This document shows positions 1 to 12,627 of a stretch of 64,000 bases of DNA, in pieces. The notes below the pieces were generated by a model, which did not search any database, was not told where the DNA came from, and saw nothing but the letters and a program-made list of their open reading frames with translations. Origin of the DNA: Chiloscyllium plagiosum (lineage: Eukaryota); contig NC_057718.1 of assembly GCF_004010195.1 (NCBI RefSeq), positions 3,688,917-3,752,916 on the forward strand, in the 5' to 3' direction. The first letter of the stretch is position 1. Every line of letters starts with the position of its first letter. A program made the translations under genes and the position numbers.

Positions 1-144
1 TGGAGGGTTCCTAGGCGGAAGATGAGGCGCTCTTCCTCCAGTTGTCGTGTTGCTATGGTCTGGCGATGGAGGAGTCCAAGTGTTGCTTTTCCAGCAACAC
101 ATTATCAGCTCAGATCTACAGTATCTGCAGTCCTCACTTTCTCC
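1..144 (-). mobile_element. Penelope-like element fragment (GIY-YIG C-terminal region plus inverted terminal repeat)
   Basis: Minus strand of 1-80 reads LGLLHRQTIATRQLEEERLIFRLGTLQ, resembling the C-terminus of PLE GIY-YIG endonucleases. It is followed by the repeat end ...ctgcagtcctcactttctc, also seen at about 7900, 32225, 32715 and 46207. Confidence 0.65.
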
Positions 145-430
145 CTGAGCAGTAATAGACCCCAGTGTCACTGGGCTGTACGATTGTGATGGTCAGAATG
201 AAGCTGTTACTGAAGGGGTCACTGGAAGGGTGGAATCACTCAGAGAATCTTTGGCCCCATTGGGTTTGATTAAAAACATAATGTTCCAAAATCACTCCCT
301 CTGACACCCTCGTTGCTTGCGGTACCAGTAAATATCAGTGTGTGTCACAGCGGTGTTCATCACAGTGCACTGTAACCCTCGGTGACTCGTTCCAGGATTG
401 GAGACTGCAGAAGGACTGGGGCAGATGTAC
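145..430 (-). pseudogene. Ig-superfamily V exon pseudogene, subfamily A, copy 1; J-like part removed or displaced by the PLE
   Basis: Acceptor ttttgaag|GT, then TSAPVLLQSPILERVTEG / LQCTVMNTAVTHTDIYWYRKQ ... SDPFSNSFILTITIVQPSDTGVYYCS. Homologous to 55569-55910, with frameshifting deletions and a stop. Confidence 0.9.
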
Positions 431-597
431 CTTCAAAATAAAAAAAAAGAATAGCATTCTGATTGTTCTAAACTCCCGCCAGGATTTCAAGTGACTGTCC
501 CAGCAGTCTGAGTCCTACATTAAAGAGAGGGAACAGGTTGTTAGACTGAACCAGTTGTGATGGTTTGTTCCTGATTGATATCCTGACTATCAGTCAC

Positions 598-642
598 TGT
601 GTGCTGAAAACAGCAATACAGATGTTGCTATAGCAGTGACAT
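598..642 (-). pseudogene. Degenerate signal-peptide (leader) exon of V copy 1
   Basis: caacATGTCACTG... gives MSL/IATSVLLFSAH across a 1-nt frameshift, then a gtgact donor-like site about 170 nt upstream of the V acceptor. Confidence 0.5.
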
Positions 643-2199
643 GTTGAGCTCACACTGTCGAACCACAGTCTGGCACAAGCTAACTTGCCACGCATTGCAA
701 TCCTTTTCCCTGGACTATTCATTGTGGGAGAGGCTTCCTGACAATCCACAGCAGATGTGAGGATTGGAACTGGGAAGGGACTGCTGCATTAGAAAAGGCA
801 GCCAGGCAGCACTTAAAGGGGCAGGATTTCCCTAAAGATCATTACAGATATAGCCTCTCCAGCCTCAGCAAACTGAGGGCTCTCCACAGGTAAGGGTCCT
901 GGGGGTCAGACTGGGAAAAATGGGAAGTCTCTTCCTCCATTCCCTGGATACAGGATCTTTACCATGTAGAATTGAGCAAAAGTCCCCATAATCTAAACTG
1001 GACAAAACGCTCAACTTCTCAAAACTTTAAATAGTAAATGGAATCTGGAATGAGCCATGTGGAGAACAAACAAACCAACCCAGAGATCTGAGCTGGCTGT
1101 CTGGAACCTTTGCACAGCCTGGATTTCCATTTTACACATCATCTCTGAAAGAACAATCAACTAAAACAGACTCTGGCTTGGGGCTGTTCTTACACCTCAG
1201 GCTCCCCAAAGCAGACAGCATGGGGCCTACAGAGATAACAGACATTCAACTCCAATCAAAATCCAATCATACACACTCTGAACAATTGGGAAAGCAATTG
1301 ATTTCAAAAGGAACACCAGAAAACATAGGTATGGCGTGAAGATAAGGGGCTCACAATTAGCATAATTGCAGGTCCTGACCTCAATTAACAGAGCCATCCC
1401 CGAGAGTGATCCCCAGGACAGATCCCAGGAGCAATGGAAATATACCAAACAGCTATCTCCAGAAGAAGAATTCCAGCAGCTCATTCTAAGAGCCACTGAC
1501 ACAGGTCTGTACCGAACCAGGGGAACCAACAGCGACCAACCACAAACAGCAAACTCAAAAACTGACAAACCCCAAAAACCAGTGACTTGACCTGACTGAC
1601 ACCACAAGGCCTCAGATACATCCTGAGGTGAAACCCAGGCCCGGATAATCAGCACAAAGGAAAGAAAACCAAGCCCCGATAGATCCACTACCCACTGTAC
1701 CGCATCAGCAGATTCAGCTCAAACTGAGAGGCCTTTGCAATCTACAGTCTTCACCCAGGCTCTGGGCAGAGCAAGCAGGAACAGCCAGCTGTACTTAAAA
1801 ACAGTATTTTTCTCAGCGGTGAGCTAGAACTCCCGAGACCCTTAGGTTTCTGACCGAGCCAGCATGGAGGGGGATCTGGGAGATGACAGTGTATTTGGAC
1901 CCCAAGGGTAGGAAGCCTGATTAAGGTTTCTATGATTAAAACAGTTGGTTTTACATTCTAACAGTGTTGAATCTAGCTAATAGTGTAATTATAGTATTAC
2001 TGCCATCTGTGGAATTGATTGTGTCAATTTTCCTATTTATTACATTCACCTGCATTTCTATTATTGTACTTATTGTTTATAATGTAAATAAACAGAGAAA
2101 TTCTTTGGCCCTGACACTCCTGTCTGCTGCCTTCTTCATTTCAGATTTCCTCAATAAGTCCAGTGTCCAAAGCCAGGGATCTGGAGGTGATTGGAACCA

Positions 2200-3740
2200 T
2201 TTCATAATCAAAGAATTACTGACTGAAAATCAGAAACTTACACACACAGCTACTGCTGCCTGACACAAAAGCAAAACAGGAAAAGTGGCTGAACTATGGC
2301 TGACACAGGAAATTAGAAACAATATGAGATCCAAGGAAGAGGTAAACAAATTGGTCTGGGAAATAACAGTCCTGAGAAGTGATTGATTAATGATTGATTA
2401 AGGAAGAGGAAATAATGCATGAGAGTCAGCTTGAGGGGAACATAAAAACTGACCGTAAAGCTCACTGAAGGAATGAGAAGAGAAAAAGATTTTTGAAGAC
2501 TGCAAGGGACCTCCATGAAGAGAAAAAGATTTTTGAAGACTGCAAGGGACTTCCATGAAGGAATTTATAATGGGGAACAAAAAGTGGCAGACTACCAAAA
2601 TACAAATGTTGATTCTGTGTTCACAAAGGGCATAAGCTAAATATCTGAAATATTCAGGAACTCAGGATTTAGTGAGAGAGAGAAACTGAAGGAAATCAGG
2701 ATGAGTAGAGAAATGATGCTTGGGAAATTGTTGGAATTGAAGGCTGGTAAATCCCCAGGCTGATAATCTACATCACAGAGCAGGTAAGGAAGTGTCTGTA
2801 ATAATAGTGGATTCATTGGTGATCGTGTCGTGGAATCGTACATTGCAGAAAAGGTCCTTCATGCTGTTGATGCTGCACTGACAATAACTTCCAATAAAGG
2901 CACTGTAATCTCAATTTCCTGCACTTGTCCCATATCCTTGGTCATCTTCCGAGATAATCCAAACTCCAGAACAGTCCCTCGAGATGAGAGGCTAGCTAAT
3001 GCAACCCCACTGTATAATAAAGGGAGGCAGAGAGAAAAGAAAAAAATGATAGAGCAGTCAGTCTGACACTGATCATTGGGAAATGCTTGAATCTATTGTA
3101 AAAAGAAAATTGAGTCAGCAGGGCTTTATGACAGGGAAATCGAGCTTGACAAATCCACTGGAATTCTTTGTTGATGTCGCTCACAGAGTTGATGATGGGG
3201 ATGTTGAGAAAATACCAAAAAGAGATGAATGTAAAATTAAAGCACATGGGATTGGAGGTAGTTTAATGATTAATAAAGAACTGAATAACAGACAAGAAAC
3301 AATGAGTGGGAATAATTGAGTGTTTTTCTGAATGGCAGCCAGTGGGATACTGCAGGGATCAGTGCTAGCACCCCAGCTATTCACAATCTACATTAATGAT
3401 TTTGATGAGGAAACTAAACGTAATGACTAAATGTAATTTTCAGATGACAGAAAGCTGGGTGAGAGGGTGAGCTGTGAGGAGGATGCAGAAATACTGCAGT
3501 GTGAATTGGAGAGGCTGAGTGAGTGGGCATATGCATGGCAGAGACAGGTTAATGTGGATAAATGTGAGTTTATACACTTTGGTACAAAAAACAGGAAGGC
3601 AGATTATCATCTGAATGGTGATAGATTGGGAAACGGGGAGGTACAATGAGACCTGGGTATCCTTGTACATCAGTCACTGAAAGGAAGTGTGTGAGTGCAA
3701 CAGGCAGTGAAGAAGGCAAATGGGATATTGTCTTCAAAGA
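2200..3740 (+). mobile_element. CR1 LINE ORF2 (RT) decayed fragment
   Basis: Fragments such as QGFMTGKSSLTNPLEFF and LQCELERLSEWAYAWQ...CEFIHFG. Includes a 40-bp tandem duplication at about 2480-2560. Confidence 0.85.
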
Positions 3741-3798
3741 GTGAAGTACAGTACATCACAGGAAGGGGCCTGTACCAACACACTTCTAAAACAAAAAT

Positions 3799-3940
3799 AC
3801 TAGCTTTTGGAGCTACCACCTGATGAAGGAGCGTCGCTGCGAAAGCTAGTGTGCTTCCAATTAAACCTGTTTGACTATAACCTGGTGTTGTGCGATTTTT
3901 AACTTTGTACACCCCAGTCCAACACTGGCATCTCCGAATC
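3799..3940 (+). mobile_element. Penelope-like terminal repeat insertion with hammerhead-like motif
   Basis: cacctgatgaaggagcgtcgctgcgaaagctagtg...ctataacctggtgttgtg, flanked by a duplicated aaacaaaaa. Absent from the paralogous site at about 18465. Confidence 0.7.
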
Positions 3941-4149
3941 AAAACAAAAACTATTTGCCTTTGCATGGGCTGTTGAGTAAATAGTGTGATTTCAGGCTTC
4001 TTTTAGCTTCTCATTATTTCTTTAATATAATAGTTTTCACCCTTCCTCAAGGTTGATTTATCTTAATGTGAGTGTCCAACAGTAACTGCTTGACCCCAGA
4101 TTAATCATTCAGATTGTTCCCGTTGTCATATCAGGAAGATTCTGTCTGG

Positions 4150-4890
4150 TTTACACGGGACTGGAGAAGAACTTGGAGAGGGAGGAGAAGGATCCACTCA
4201 TCATTGTCTATGTTGGGACCAATGACACTGGGAGCACAAGAAAGGAGGTCTCACTGAAAGACTGTGACCAATTGGGAGCTAAATGATAAAGCAGAATCTC
4301 CAAGGTAAGAATCTCTGGATTACTGCCTGAGCCACAACAAACTGACATGGGGTAAATACAGTCAAGCAGTTCAAAACATGGCTCAGAGTTCAGTCTAAGT
4401 GGAATGGGTTTCAGTTTGCGTAGGGGTTTAGGGCGTAGGATTAGGGGTTTAGATAGGATTGACCATGAGAACCTTTTTCCACGTATGGAGTCAGCTATTA
4501 CAAGGGGGCATAGCTTTAAATTAAGGGGTGGTAGGTATAGGACAGATGTTAAGGGTAGATTCTTTACTCAGCGAGTAGTGAGTTCATGGAATGCCCTGCC
4601 ATTGGCAGTGGTGGACTCTCCCTTTTTATGGGCATTTAAACAGGCATTGGATAGGCATATGGAGGATAGTGGGCTAGTGTAGGTTATGTGGGCTTGGATC
4701 GGCGCAACATCGAGGGCCAAAGGGCCTGTTCTGCACTGTATCTTTCTATGTTCTATGTTGTAGCACTGACATCTATACTGGGGTAAAAGGGAGCTGTTCT
4801 TCTGTGGGAGGCTTCACTTGAACATTGCTGGAATCAGTGTCCTGGTGAATTGAATAACTAGGGCTGTAGAGAGGGTTTTCAACTAATTAG
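4150..4890 (+). mobile_element. CR1 ORF1 (SGNH esterase-like) remnant with a younger CR1 3' end nested at about 4425-4760
   Basis: VGTND-like motif at about 4210. Nested piece reads RGLDRIDHENLFPR...TRGHSFKL...FFTQRVVSSWNALP and ends in a ttctatgttctatg tail. Confidence 0.8.
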
Positions 4891-6779
4891 AAGGGGGCAG
4901 GATTCAGGAGAAAGGGGCTGGGGGCTGACAAAGCAAGAGGAGACAGCAGCTACATTACCCAGAATGGGACAGGAACAGACAGAGGATACTAACACAGAAA
5001 AACAGCAGTGAATAGGGTCAGCAAGGGAAATAATGCTAAAAAGGCAACTAATGACTGTTGATTTTTCTGCACATACTATTCAAAACAAAATAACTGAAAT
5101 AAAGACCTGATTTCAGGCAAACCTAGAATTGTGAAGAAGAGTCAGATCAAACATGTAACATTCACTCTGTTTCTCTCCCTGCAGATACTGCCAAACATCC
5201 TGAGTCTCTCCAGCATTCTCTGTATTTATTTCAGGTTTCCATTATCTGCAGTATTTTGATCATCTCAACTGAGTGACTGCCCTGTTTCTCCACACAGTTT
5301 ATTGTATGTTCAGTTAAAACAATAAAACCCAAACTGCCCCAGCCAACTGCAGCTTCTTTAATGTCTCATTTCTCAGAAGTGTAATAAGTTAAAGTGTCAG
5401 TGAAGGGGAAGCAGTAACAATAAACCAACGGCTGCTGTCTTCTGAGGGAGGATATTAGTGACTGGATTTTCTAAATGTGGCCCATCGAGATTTATTTCAG
5501 GAGTGATGGTAATTATTTATTGAGTGCAAGTTCCTCACAATCAATCACCTAAACTTTGAAAATTCACACATTTGCTGCAACCCTGTGAATGCTCAAAACA
5601 CTTACTAAAATATACATTGGCCCCGAACCCCTCCTCTTTATAACAACTGCCATTTATATATCAGTATGTACTCACTAAAATGATGGCAAAACTTTTCAAA
5701 AGTGAGGAAATGAACAAATTTTATCACCAATAAAGAAATGCGGCCTCAAGACAATAAACCAAAATATTTTATCAAAAAACTAAAATTGTTGGAGAAACTC
5801 AGCAGGTCTGATAATATCTGTGGGGAGAGAAACAGAGTTAATGTTTCCAGTCCAGTGTGACTCTGTTTCAGGAACTTGATCAAATGGTTCGGTCGGAAGC
5901 AGAGTCTGAAAGGGGATAGTGGAGAAATGGGATGGGTTAAACTCGAGAATTCCTGAAAATAGACCCAGGGATCATGACATGTGATTAACCCACAGCCAGA
6001 CATTGTGGTCTCAGCTGGAGATCACCAAGCAGAACACAGGATTAGTTAAATACGGAGCTAGAAATTACTTCTCAGCAACCTGTGGGGGTGTGCTGTACCA
6101 CTGGGTGGGGTTTGATCCCTGACTTTGTGGTCTACAGTTAGGGACACTGCCAGCATGTCACAGCCCCCTGACCCTGACATTAGTTACACGTCTCAAGGGC
6201 AGCAGCTTCTCTCAAACAAATGGCTCGAACCATTTGTCATTTCTGTTGCTGTTCATTCCAAGGCAGTTGTTGATAACACATGATAACACAGTGGGTTAGG
6301 GTGATGTGGGAGAGGAAAACTTTGTCACCTCAAATGTCCACAAGCTGCCAGCAGCTCCTGGTAAGACTTTTCAATTAATTAGCTCAAGAACACAGATACA
6401 CAGTTTAATGGTCAGATAATTAATTTTTATTCAGAAACTGGTTATATCAGTGAAACCAAGCACAACTGAAGATATCTGCTGAACACACTCAGCCAAAAAA
6501 TAATCAACAAAGATGAGCAAGAAGAAAACACCCAGACCACAGGCAGCAACTGTTGTTCCCTGTTGTTCATGATGTCATTTTCCAGTCTCTGACTGCAACA
6601 TTTGAAAGCCATATTAGGTTAACATATGGAAACTGATGCGTGGATTGGCTCAAACCTGATTAAACAACAACAACAACTTTTATTTTCATAGTGCCTTTAA
6701 CACTGGAAAACTTTCCAGGGTTTCTCACACAGAGTCACATGGGAAGAAATTAGTCTGGGTGACATTCCACAAGGGCAGC

Positions 6780-7030
6780 TGAGATGAGAAGGAATTTTAT
6801 CAGCCAAAGGGCGATGAATCTGTGGAACCTATTATGCAAAGGGCTTTGGAGGCCAAGTCATTGAGTGTATATAAGACAGAGATAGATAGATTTTGGTCAG
6901 TAAGGAAGTCAAAAGTTATTGGGTGTGGCCAGGTGAATGAAGTTGAGAAACAGGTGAGCCATGATGGCAAACGAGGCTCGATGGGCCAAATGGCCTCCTT
7001 CTGCTCTTATATCTTATGGTCTTATAGACT
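6780..7030 (+). mobile_element. CR1 LINE 3' end
   Basis: Typical 3' end ...gggccaaatggcctccttctgctcttatatcttatggtctta. Paralog at about 21270-21525. Confidence 0.75.
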
Positions 7031-7034
7031 AGAC

Positions 7035-7373
7035 TGAGGGACAGTAATTGAATGGATATAGCCCCACACATTGCAGGTAGAGATGGCAGTGTCAATGGTC
7101 TGTACATTTGTAATGGGCAGAATGAAGCTGTTCTAGGAGGGCTCTCTGGAAAGTTGAAATGAAGCAGGAAAGCTGGAGGAATTTCCTGGTGAATTATTTC
7201 TGGAACGAGCTATCATCTTGCCCTTTCTTTTCCTCAGGAACTGTTGCTACCAATGAATGATCATTTCTTGCAGTTTGATGCTTCTCATGGTGCACAGTTC
7301 ATTCTCACTGTCTGACCCTCTCTGACACGATGAACTGTTGGAAACTGAACTCGCACTGGATTCAACATGGCAC
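7035..7373 (-). pseudogene. Ig-superfamily V exon pseudogene, divergent subfamily B, copy 1
   Basis: Acceptor tttccag|GT, then AMLNPVRVQFPTVHRVREGQTVRMN/CTMRSIKLQEMIIHW*QQ ... FQLSREPS*NSFILPITNVQTIDTAISTCNVWG. Both Cys and the Trp are recognisable; frameshifts and stops are present. Confidence 0.8.
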
Positions 7374-7494
7374 CTGGAAATGGAAAATAAAGATCACTTT
7401 AAAAGCATTAAGGTCAGGCAGTAATCTGCATCTGACAATAAAAATCTGTATTTTCAATTGCTCAACCCCTCTGTTATCTGAGCTTCCTCATTTC

Positions 7495-7900
7495 TTATTA
7501 TTTAGTGTGTAGTCCCTAGTCCTGTTACTTTTTCCAAAGCGCATCTCCTCACAGATATCAGGGTTTAATTCTAGCTGCCACTGATCTGGCCATCTGACCA
7601 ATCCATTTCTATCCTCCTGCAATCTAACACCATCGTCTTCACTTTCAACCACTGGGCCAATCTTTCTGTCATCTGCAAATTTACTGATCAAACCCCATTC
7701 TTGGAACTGCATTGTTTGTATTCCTATTGATTTCCTGCAGTATATACCTAACCTGTTCCGTCGCTAAAATAAACATAAGTGATTTGTGGTCACTATCACC
7801 AAAGTGCTAACTGATCTCCAAATCTAACACCCAGCCTGGTTTATTACCCAGTACCAAATCCAATGCAGCCTTGCCTTTTATTGGCCAACCAACATATTGT
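7495..7900 (-). mobile_element. CR1 LINE fragments
   Basis: ISKFADDRKIG...WQLELNPDICE and ALDLVLGNKPG. Confidence 0.8.
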
Positions 7901-7931
7901 GGCAAAAGTGAGGACTGCAGATGCTGGAAAT

Positions 7932-8431
7932 NNNNNNNNNNNNNNNNNNNNNNNNNNNNNNNNNNNNNNNNNNNNNNNNNNNNNNNNNNNNNNNNNNNNN
8001 NNNNNNNNNNNNNNNNNNNNNNNNNNNNNNNNNNNNNNNNNNNNNNNNNNNNNNNNNNNNNNNNNNNNNNNNNNNNNNNNNNNNNNNNNNNNNNNNNNNN
8101 NNNNNNNNNNNNNNNNNNNNNNNNNNNNNNNNNNNNNNNNNNNNNNNNNNNNNNNNNNNNNNNNNNNNNNNNNNNNNNNNNNNNNNNNNNNNNNNNNNNN
8201 NNNNNNNNNNNNNNNNNNNNNNNNNNNNNNNNNNNNNNNNNNNNNNNNNNNNNNNNNNNNNNNNNNNNNNNNNNNNNNNNNNNNNNNNNNNNNNNNNNNN
8301 NNNNNNNNNNNNNNNNNNNNNNNNNNNNNNNNNNNNNNNNNNNNNNNNNNNNNNNNNNNNNNNNNNNNNNNNNNNNNNNNNNNNNNNNNNNNNNNNNNNN
8401 NNNNNNNNNNNNNNNNNNNNNNNNNNNNNNN
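7932..8431. other. Assembly gap (500 N)
   Basis: Run of N. Confidence 1.
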
Positions 8432-9559
8432 CAATTCAGGCTCCCATCCCCCTGCTGAATTAGTTTAAACCCTCCTGAAGAGCATTTGGAAATCATCACC
8501 CTCAGGATATTGGTAACCCTCTGGTTCAGGTGTCAACCATCTTGTTGATTGGCACCACAACCAACATCTTCAACACCGATGGGCAATCTGTACCATCAAC
8601 AAGATGCCTTTCAGTAACTCACCAAGGCTCCTCCAAAGAACCTTATGAATTCACAGCCTCTCCCATTTGAAAGGACAAGTACTGCAGATACATAGGACAC
8701 CACCTCCTATTAGGATCCCCTCCAAGCCACTTACTATTCTGACATGGAAATATATCATCATTATTCCACCCAACACCAAGGTGACCACAACAGTTCTGGA
8801 AGGTCGCTCACCATCACCTTCTCAAAACATAGAAACAGGAGTTCTAGTAGGCCATTCAGTCCATTGTGCCTTTACTACCATTCAAGATAATCATGGCTGA
8901 TCATCCACCACAGTCCCCTGTTTGTGCTTTCTCTCCCTCTACTTTGATCCCTTCAGCCCTCAGAATTATATTGAACTCCTCCTTGGCTGAGAATTTCTGT
9001 AATGGAGTATGAAGAAGTAATGTGTTATAATGAATCAAAAATGCTTCCCTTATCTGTGAGCTTCATTCCATGTTATCCTGGTCTAGAATGATTTCCTGCC
9101 ATGAATAATGATTTCCCAGACTATTACAGATTCAGGTAACTGGCTGAATATATCTCTTGTCCAACTGGACCTTCCAAAACTCCTTGAAGATTTTACTCTA
9201 AGATTTTCGTGCAACAGTACAAGCTTAATAAACCAAAAGGTCTCAGTCTTTCTTGAATGTTACCTTATTCTGCATGAAAGCTTGTGATGTTGGTGATTAT
9301 TGCTTCTGAAAAAAAAAGACAATAATATCTGAGAGCAAATATTAGACTTCAAGGAGAGAAGAGACTGGGACGGCACATTGCAGAATTGATGCAATAGAGT
9401 CAAGGATGTAACAGTAGTTTTTTAAAATGACACTCACATTTGACAAATAAATAAAACTTAACATGACCTACAGCTTTCATTATCATAACTTAACAATGAA
9501 GGAATTTGTACAAATCAGTTCAAAGGTCCCTCTCAACAGGATTCATTGGGATGGTTATT

Positions 9560-11250
9560 TTGCTCATCAGAATTTGCTGTTGTTGATACCTCTCTCTCTA
9601 TCTCCAAGTGTTTTCCATTTCCTTGTCAGAAACACAGAATGACTGGTTTACAAATTCTTGTTAAAAGCAACAGCTTGCAGCAGCTGGTAAGGGAAAATAA
9701 GATGGCTTTCTTCAGGCATTAATTAGCTTTTACTGCAGAGAACAGGACTCCACCTCAATTTCCAGAGGTCCGATGGCTTCTGGCTGTGATAATTCACACT
9801 CACAAGCTGTTCAGCCCACAATGATGTGGTGATGCCAGTGTTGGAGTGGGGTGGACATAGTCAGAAGTCACACAATGCCAGGTTATAGTCCAGCAAATTT
9901 ATTTTAAATCACAGGTTTTCAGAGCACTGCTCTTTCATCATGTGAAATGCCAGCAATCACACAGTTGTTGACAGGCACATAGCCTTGTCACAGAAAACTG
10001 GTCCCCACTCCACAGATTAGTCAGCTACTTGTTGCATCTCCTACATCCCCATGCTGCCACTTTGTCTGCAATAAATACCACCACCTGCACCGACCCTCAA
10101 CTGGGCCTCTTCTGGAGTAGTGTGTGCAGTTCTGGTCACCCTGCTATTGGGTAAAAACATTATTAAATTGGAGAAGGTTCAGAAAAGATTTCCAGGATGT
10201 TGCCAGGAATGGAGGGTTTGAGTTACAAAAATAGCCTGGGAGTTTTTCCACTGGAGCATTGGTGGTGGAGGGGTGACCTTATAGAGGTTCATGAGGGGCA
10301 AATCATGACTAGCCGAGGCATTGTCCTTTGGTTGGGGGAATTCAAAACCCAGGGGCACATTTTTAAGGTGAGGGGAGAAAGATTTCAGAAGATCATGAGG
10401 GGCACTTCACCTGAAGAAAGGACTACACTCCAAAAGCCTGTGATTTCAAATAAATCTGTTGGATTATAATCTGATTTCATGTGACTTCTGATTTTGTGGA
10501 TGAACACAACAATGCCGTTTCAGAGCTAATGCAGCTTTCGACTCCAAAAATCAAGATGACACCTCCATCTCCTATTTTCTGTTGCAGACATCGGCCCTGT
10601 AAAGCTCTGCAGAAGACATAACATGTTAAGGAAGCCTCTCCTCACCTTGAGCTGCACCGCCCCCTCGGGCCTTTCTTGCTGCTTCATTCGAAAACACCCG
10701 GAGACGGGAACCAAAGCCCTATCTGTCACCGGCAACGCATTACACATATGGTGCGCATGCTCCACCGTTCATGGCTTGAGCTCGACTGTGCGCCTGCACA
10801 TTGCACTATGCTGTCTTGCGAGATAGGGAAATTGCCTTAGCCGCGGGGACTGCTGGGTATAGTGCCTGCCATTGAGAGACGTATAGTCTAATTGTTTTCC
10901 GGGAAAGGAGTTGTGTGGTTAAATATTTATGTTAACTTATCGTTTTTTCCATCTCAAACTGATGTTTCTATTCAGCACAAAGCTTCCTTCGGGTGATAAA
11001 TTGCAGCATTGTCACAACACATGGTGACAAAGCAGGCGATAAAGTGTTGAGAATTGATGAGGATAAGTTATTGGATAAACTATTGTTTTTCCAAGTTAAC
11101 AAGATACAGGACCAGATGTGATGTATCCAGTCATCCTCAATGAATGGGAAGGAGAAATTGTGGAGACATTGGCCTTAATCGTTCAGTCCTCCCTTAACTC
11201 AGGAGACGAATCAAAAGAATGGAGACTTGCAAACATCATGCCCTTTTGAC
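9560..11250 (-). repeat. Left arm of a diverged inverted duplication
   Basis: Reverse-complement similarity to 12628-15020: 9660-9990 vs 14580-14910, 10560-10890 vs 13015-13340, and 10975-11250 vs 12628-12922. Confidence 0.8.
10641..10870 (-). promoter_or_regulatory. CpG-enriched putative promoter / first exon
   Basis: tgcgcatgc (NRF1-like) at 10752, tacccagcagtccccgcgg (ZNF143/Staf-like, minus strand) at 10841-10859, and an aag|gtgagg donor at about 10645. Confidence 0.35.
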
Positions 11251-11379
11251 AAAAGGTTATAAATTTAAGTACAGTTATTATAGACCAGTCAGTGATTATC
11301 AGTGAAACAACTATTTGTGATAAAATTGGTAGTAACATGGAAAAAAATTGTTTGAATACAAACTGTTAGCATGCATTTT

Positions 11380-11730
11380 TAAAGGGAAAAGAAGAGGGGA
11401 GAGAATGAGAAAGCCAGAAAGATAGGCACCCGGGGGAGAGGGTGATAGAGGGATATAGAAATAAGTGGTGAGATATTTAAAAAAAGAGAGATGAAGAAAT
11501 AATCAGAAGTAGTGAGAGATACAGACAGAATCGCAGACAGAGAACTAAAAATTAGATAAATGGAGACATCAAAAGAAAGCGAGCAAGGGACAGAGTAAGG
11601 AGCAAGAAAAGGCAAGCAGGGTGCACATGAACCAGAGATAAAATAGAGGAAGGCAGACAGGCAAAATGAGAAAATGAGAGAAGACTAAGTCAGATGCAGG
11701 CAGGCAGTGCGAATGAAAGGAAGAAAGATC
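11380..11730. repeat. Purine-rich (GA) low-complexity tract
   Basis: Strong A/G strand bias. Confidence 0.7.
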
Positions 11731-12420
11731 AGCAGCAGAATTTAATCCTGATAAATGTGAGATGATGCACATTAGAAGAAGTAATAAGCCAAAGGAATAA
11801 ACAATGAACAGGAGGATACTGGAAAACAGAGAGAAACACAGAAATTTTAATGTACTTGCCCACCGATTCGTAAAGGTATCTGGGCAGAGTAAATGGCATT
11901 TGGGATGCTTGCAATTTTCAGTTGAGGTACAGTTTATAAGTGTGGGTTGGTTATGTTCCAGCTGTGCAGCACAGTGGTGAGGCCTCAGCTGGAGTACTTT
12001 GTGTAGTTCTGGTCATAACACTAAAAGAAGGATGTAATTACCATGGAATGGGGTGCAAAGGAGAGTGACCAAGATGTTCTGTGAGATAGAGCATTTCAGA
12101 CACAAAGAGAGACGATAAGCTTGGGTTGCTTTCTTTGGAGCAGAGAAGATTTGGGAGGGGCTGTGATAGAGATGAATACAGTTATGAGGGTTATTGACAG
12201 GTTGATTAGAAAGCAGCTGTTCCCATTAGTCATAGAGTCAGGAGCAAAGGGGCATAAGTTTAAAGTAAAGGCAGGACGTTCAGTAGAGATTTGAATAAAC
12301 CTTCTTCACCCAGAGGGTAGTGGGTGGAATGCACTGCTTGGGAAGCTAGTTGAGTGGGGAGAGCTCACAAATTCAAATACTACATGGATAAGCACTTCAA
12401 GTATCATCTTGTTGTGTACT
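11730..12420 (+). mobile_element. Old CR1 LINE 3' fragment
   Basis: Degenerate RT C-terminal motifs (tttaatcctgataaatgtgag, cagctggagtac, ttcacccagagggtagtg). Confidence 0.7.
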
Positions 12421-12627
12421 TGGGCATTTCATAACTTGCTCAGTGCAGGAAAGACAGATCTTTAGTGGTGCAGAATCCCTTGTAAATCTTTCCCCTTTCA
12501 CCTTAAACCTATGCCCTCTATTTTTGGACTCCCCTACCAAGGAAAAAGAGCTTTCCCATTCAGTTTTCCATGCCCCTTGTGACATTATGAACATGTATAA
12601 GGTCAGCACATTTATCACCTTATGACG

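Larger units (their letters stand above)
145..7210 (+). repeat. Segmental duplication unit, copy A (paralog of about 16274-21707)
   Basis: Collinear high similarity over the V-A exon, CR1 fragments, unique spacer and V-B exon, apart from copy-specific insertions or deletions. Confidence 0.9.

Noticed and set aside
1227-2263. ORFs of 153 aa and 99 aa (hydrophobic)
   Set aside because: No recognisable domain or splice structure. The region looks like an unclassified LTR-type repeat found only in duplicate copy A.
7807-8499. Long ORFs of 180-230 aa
   Set aside because: Artefacts of the N gap.
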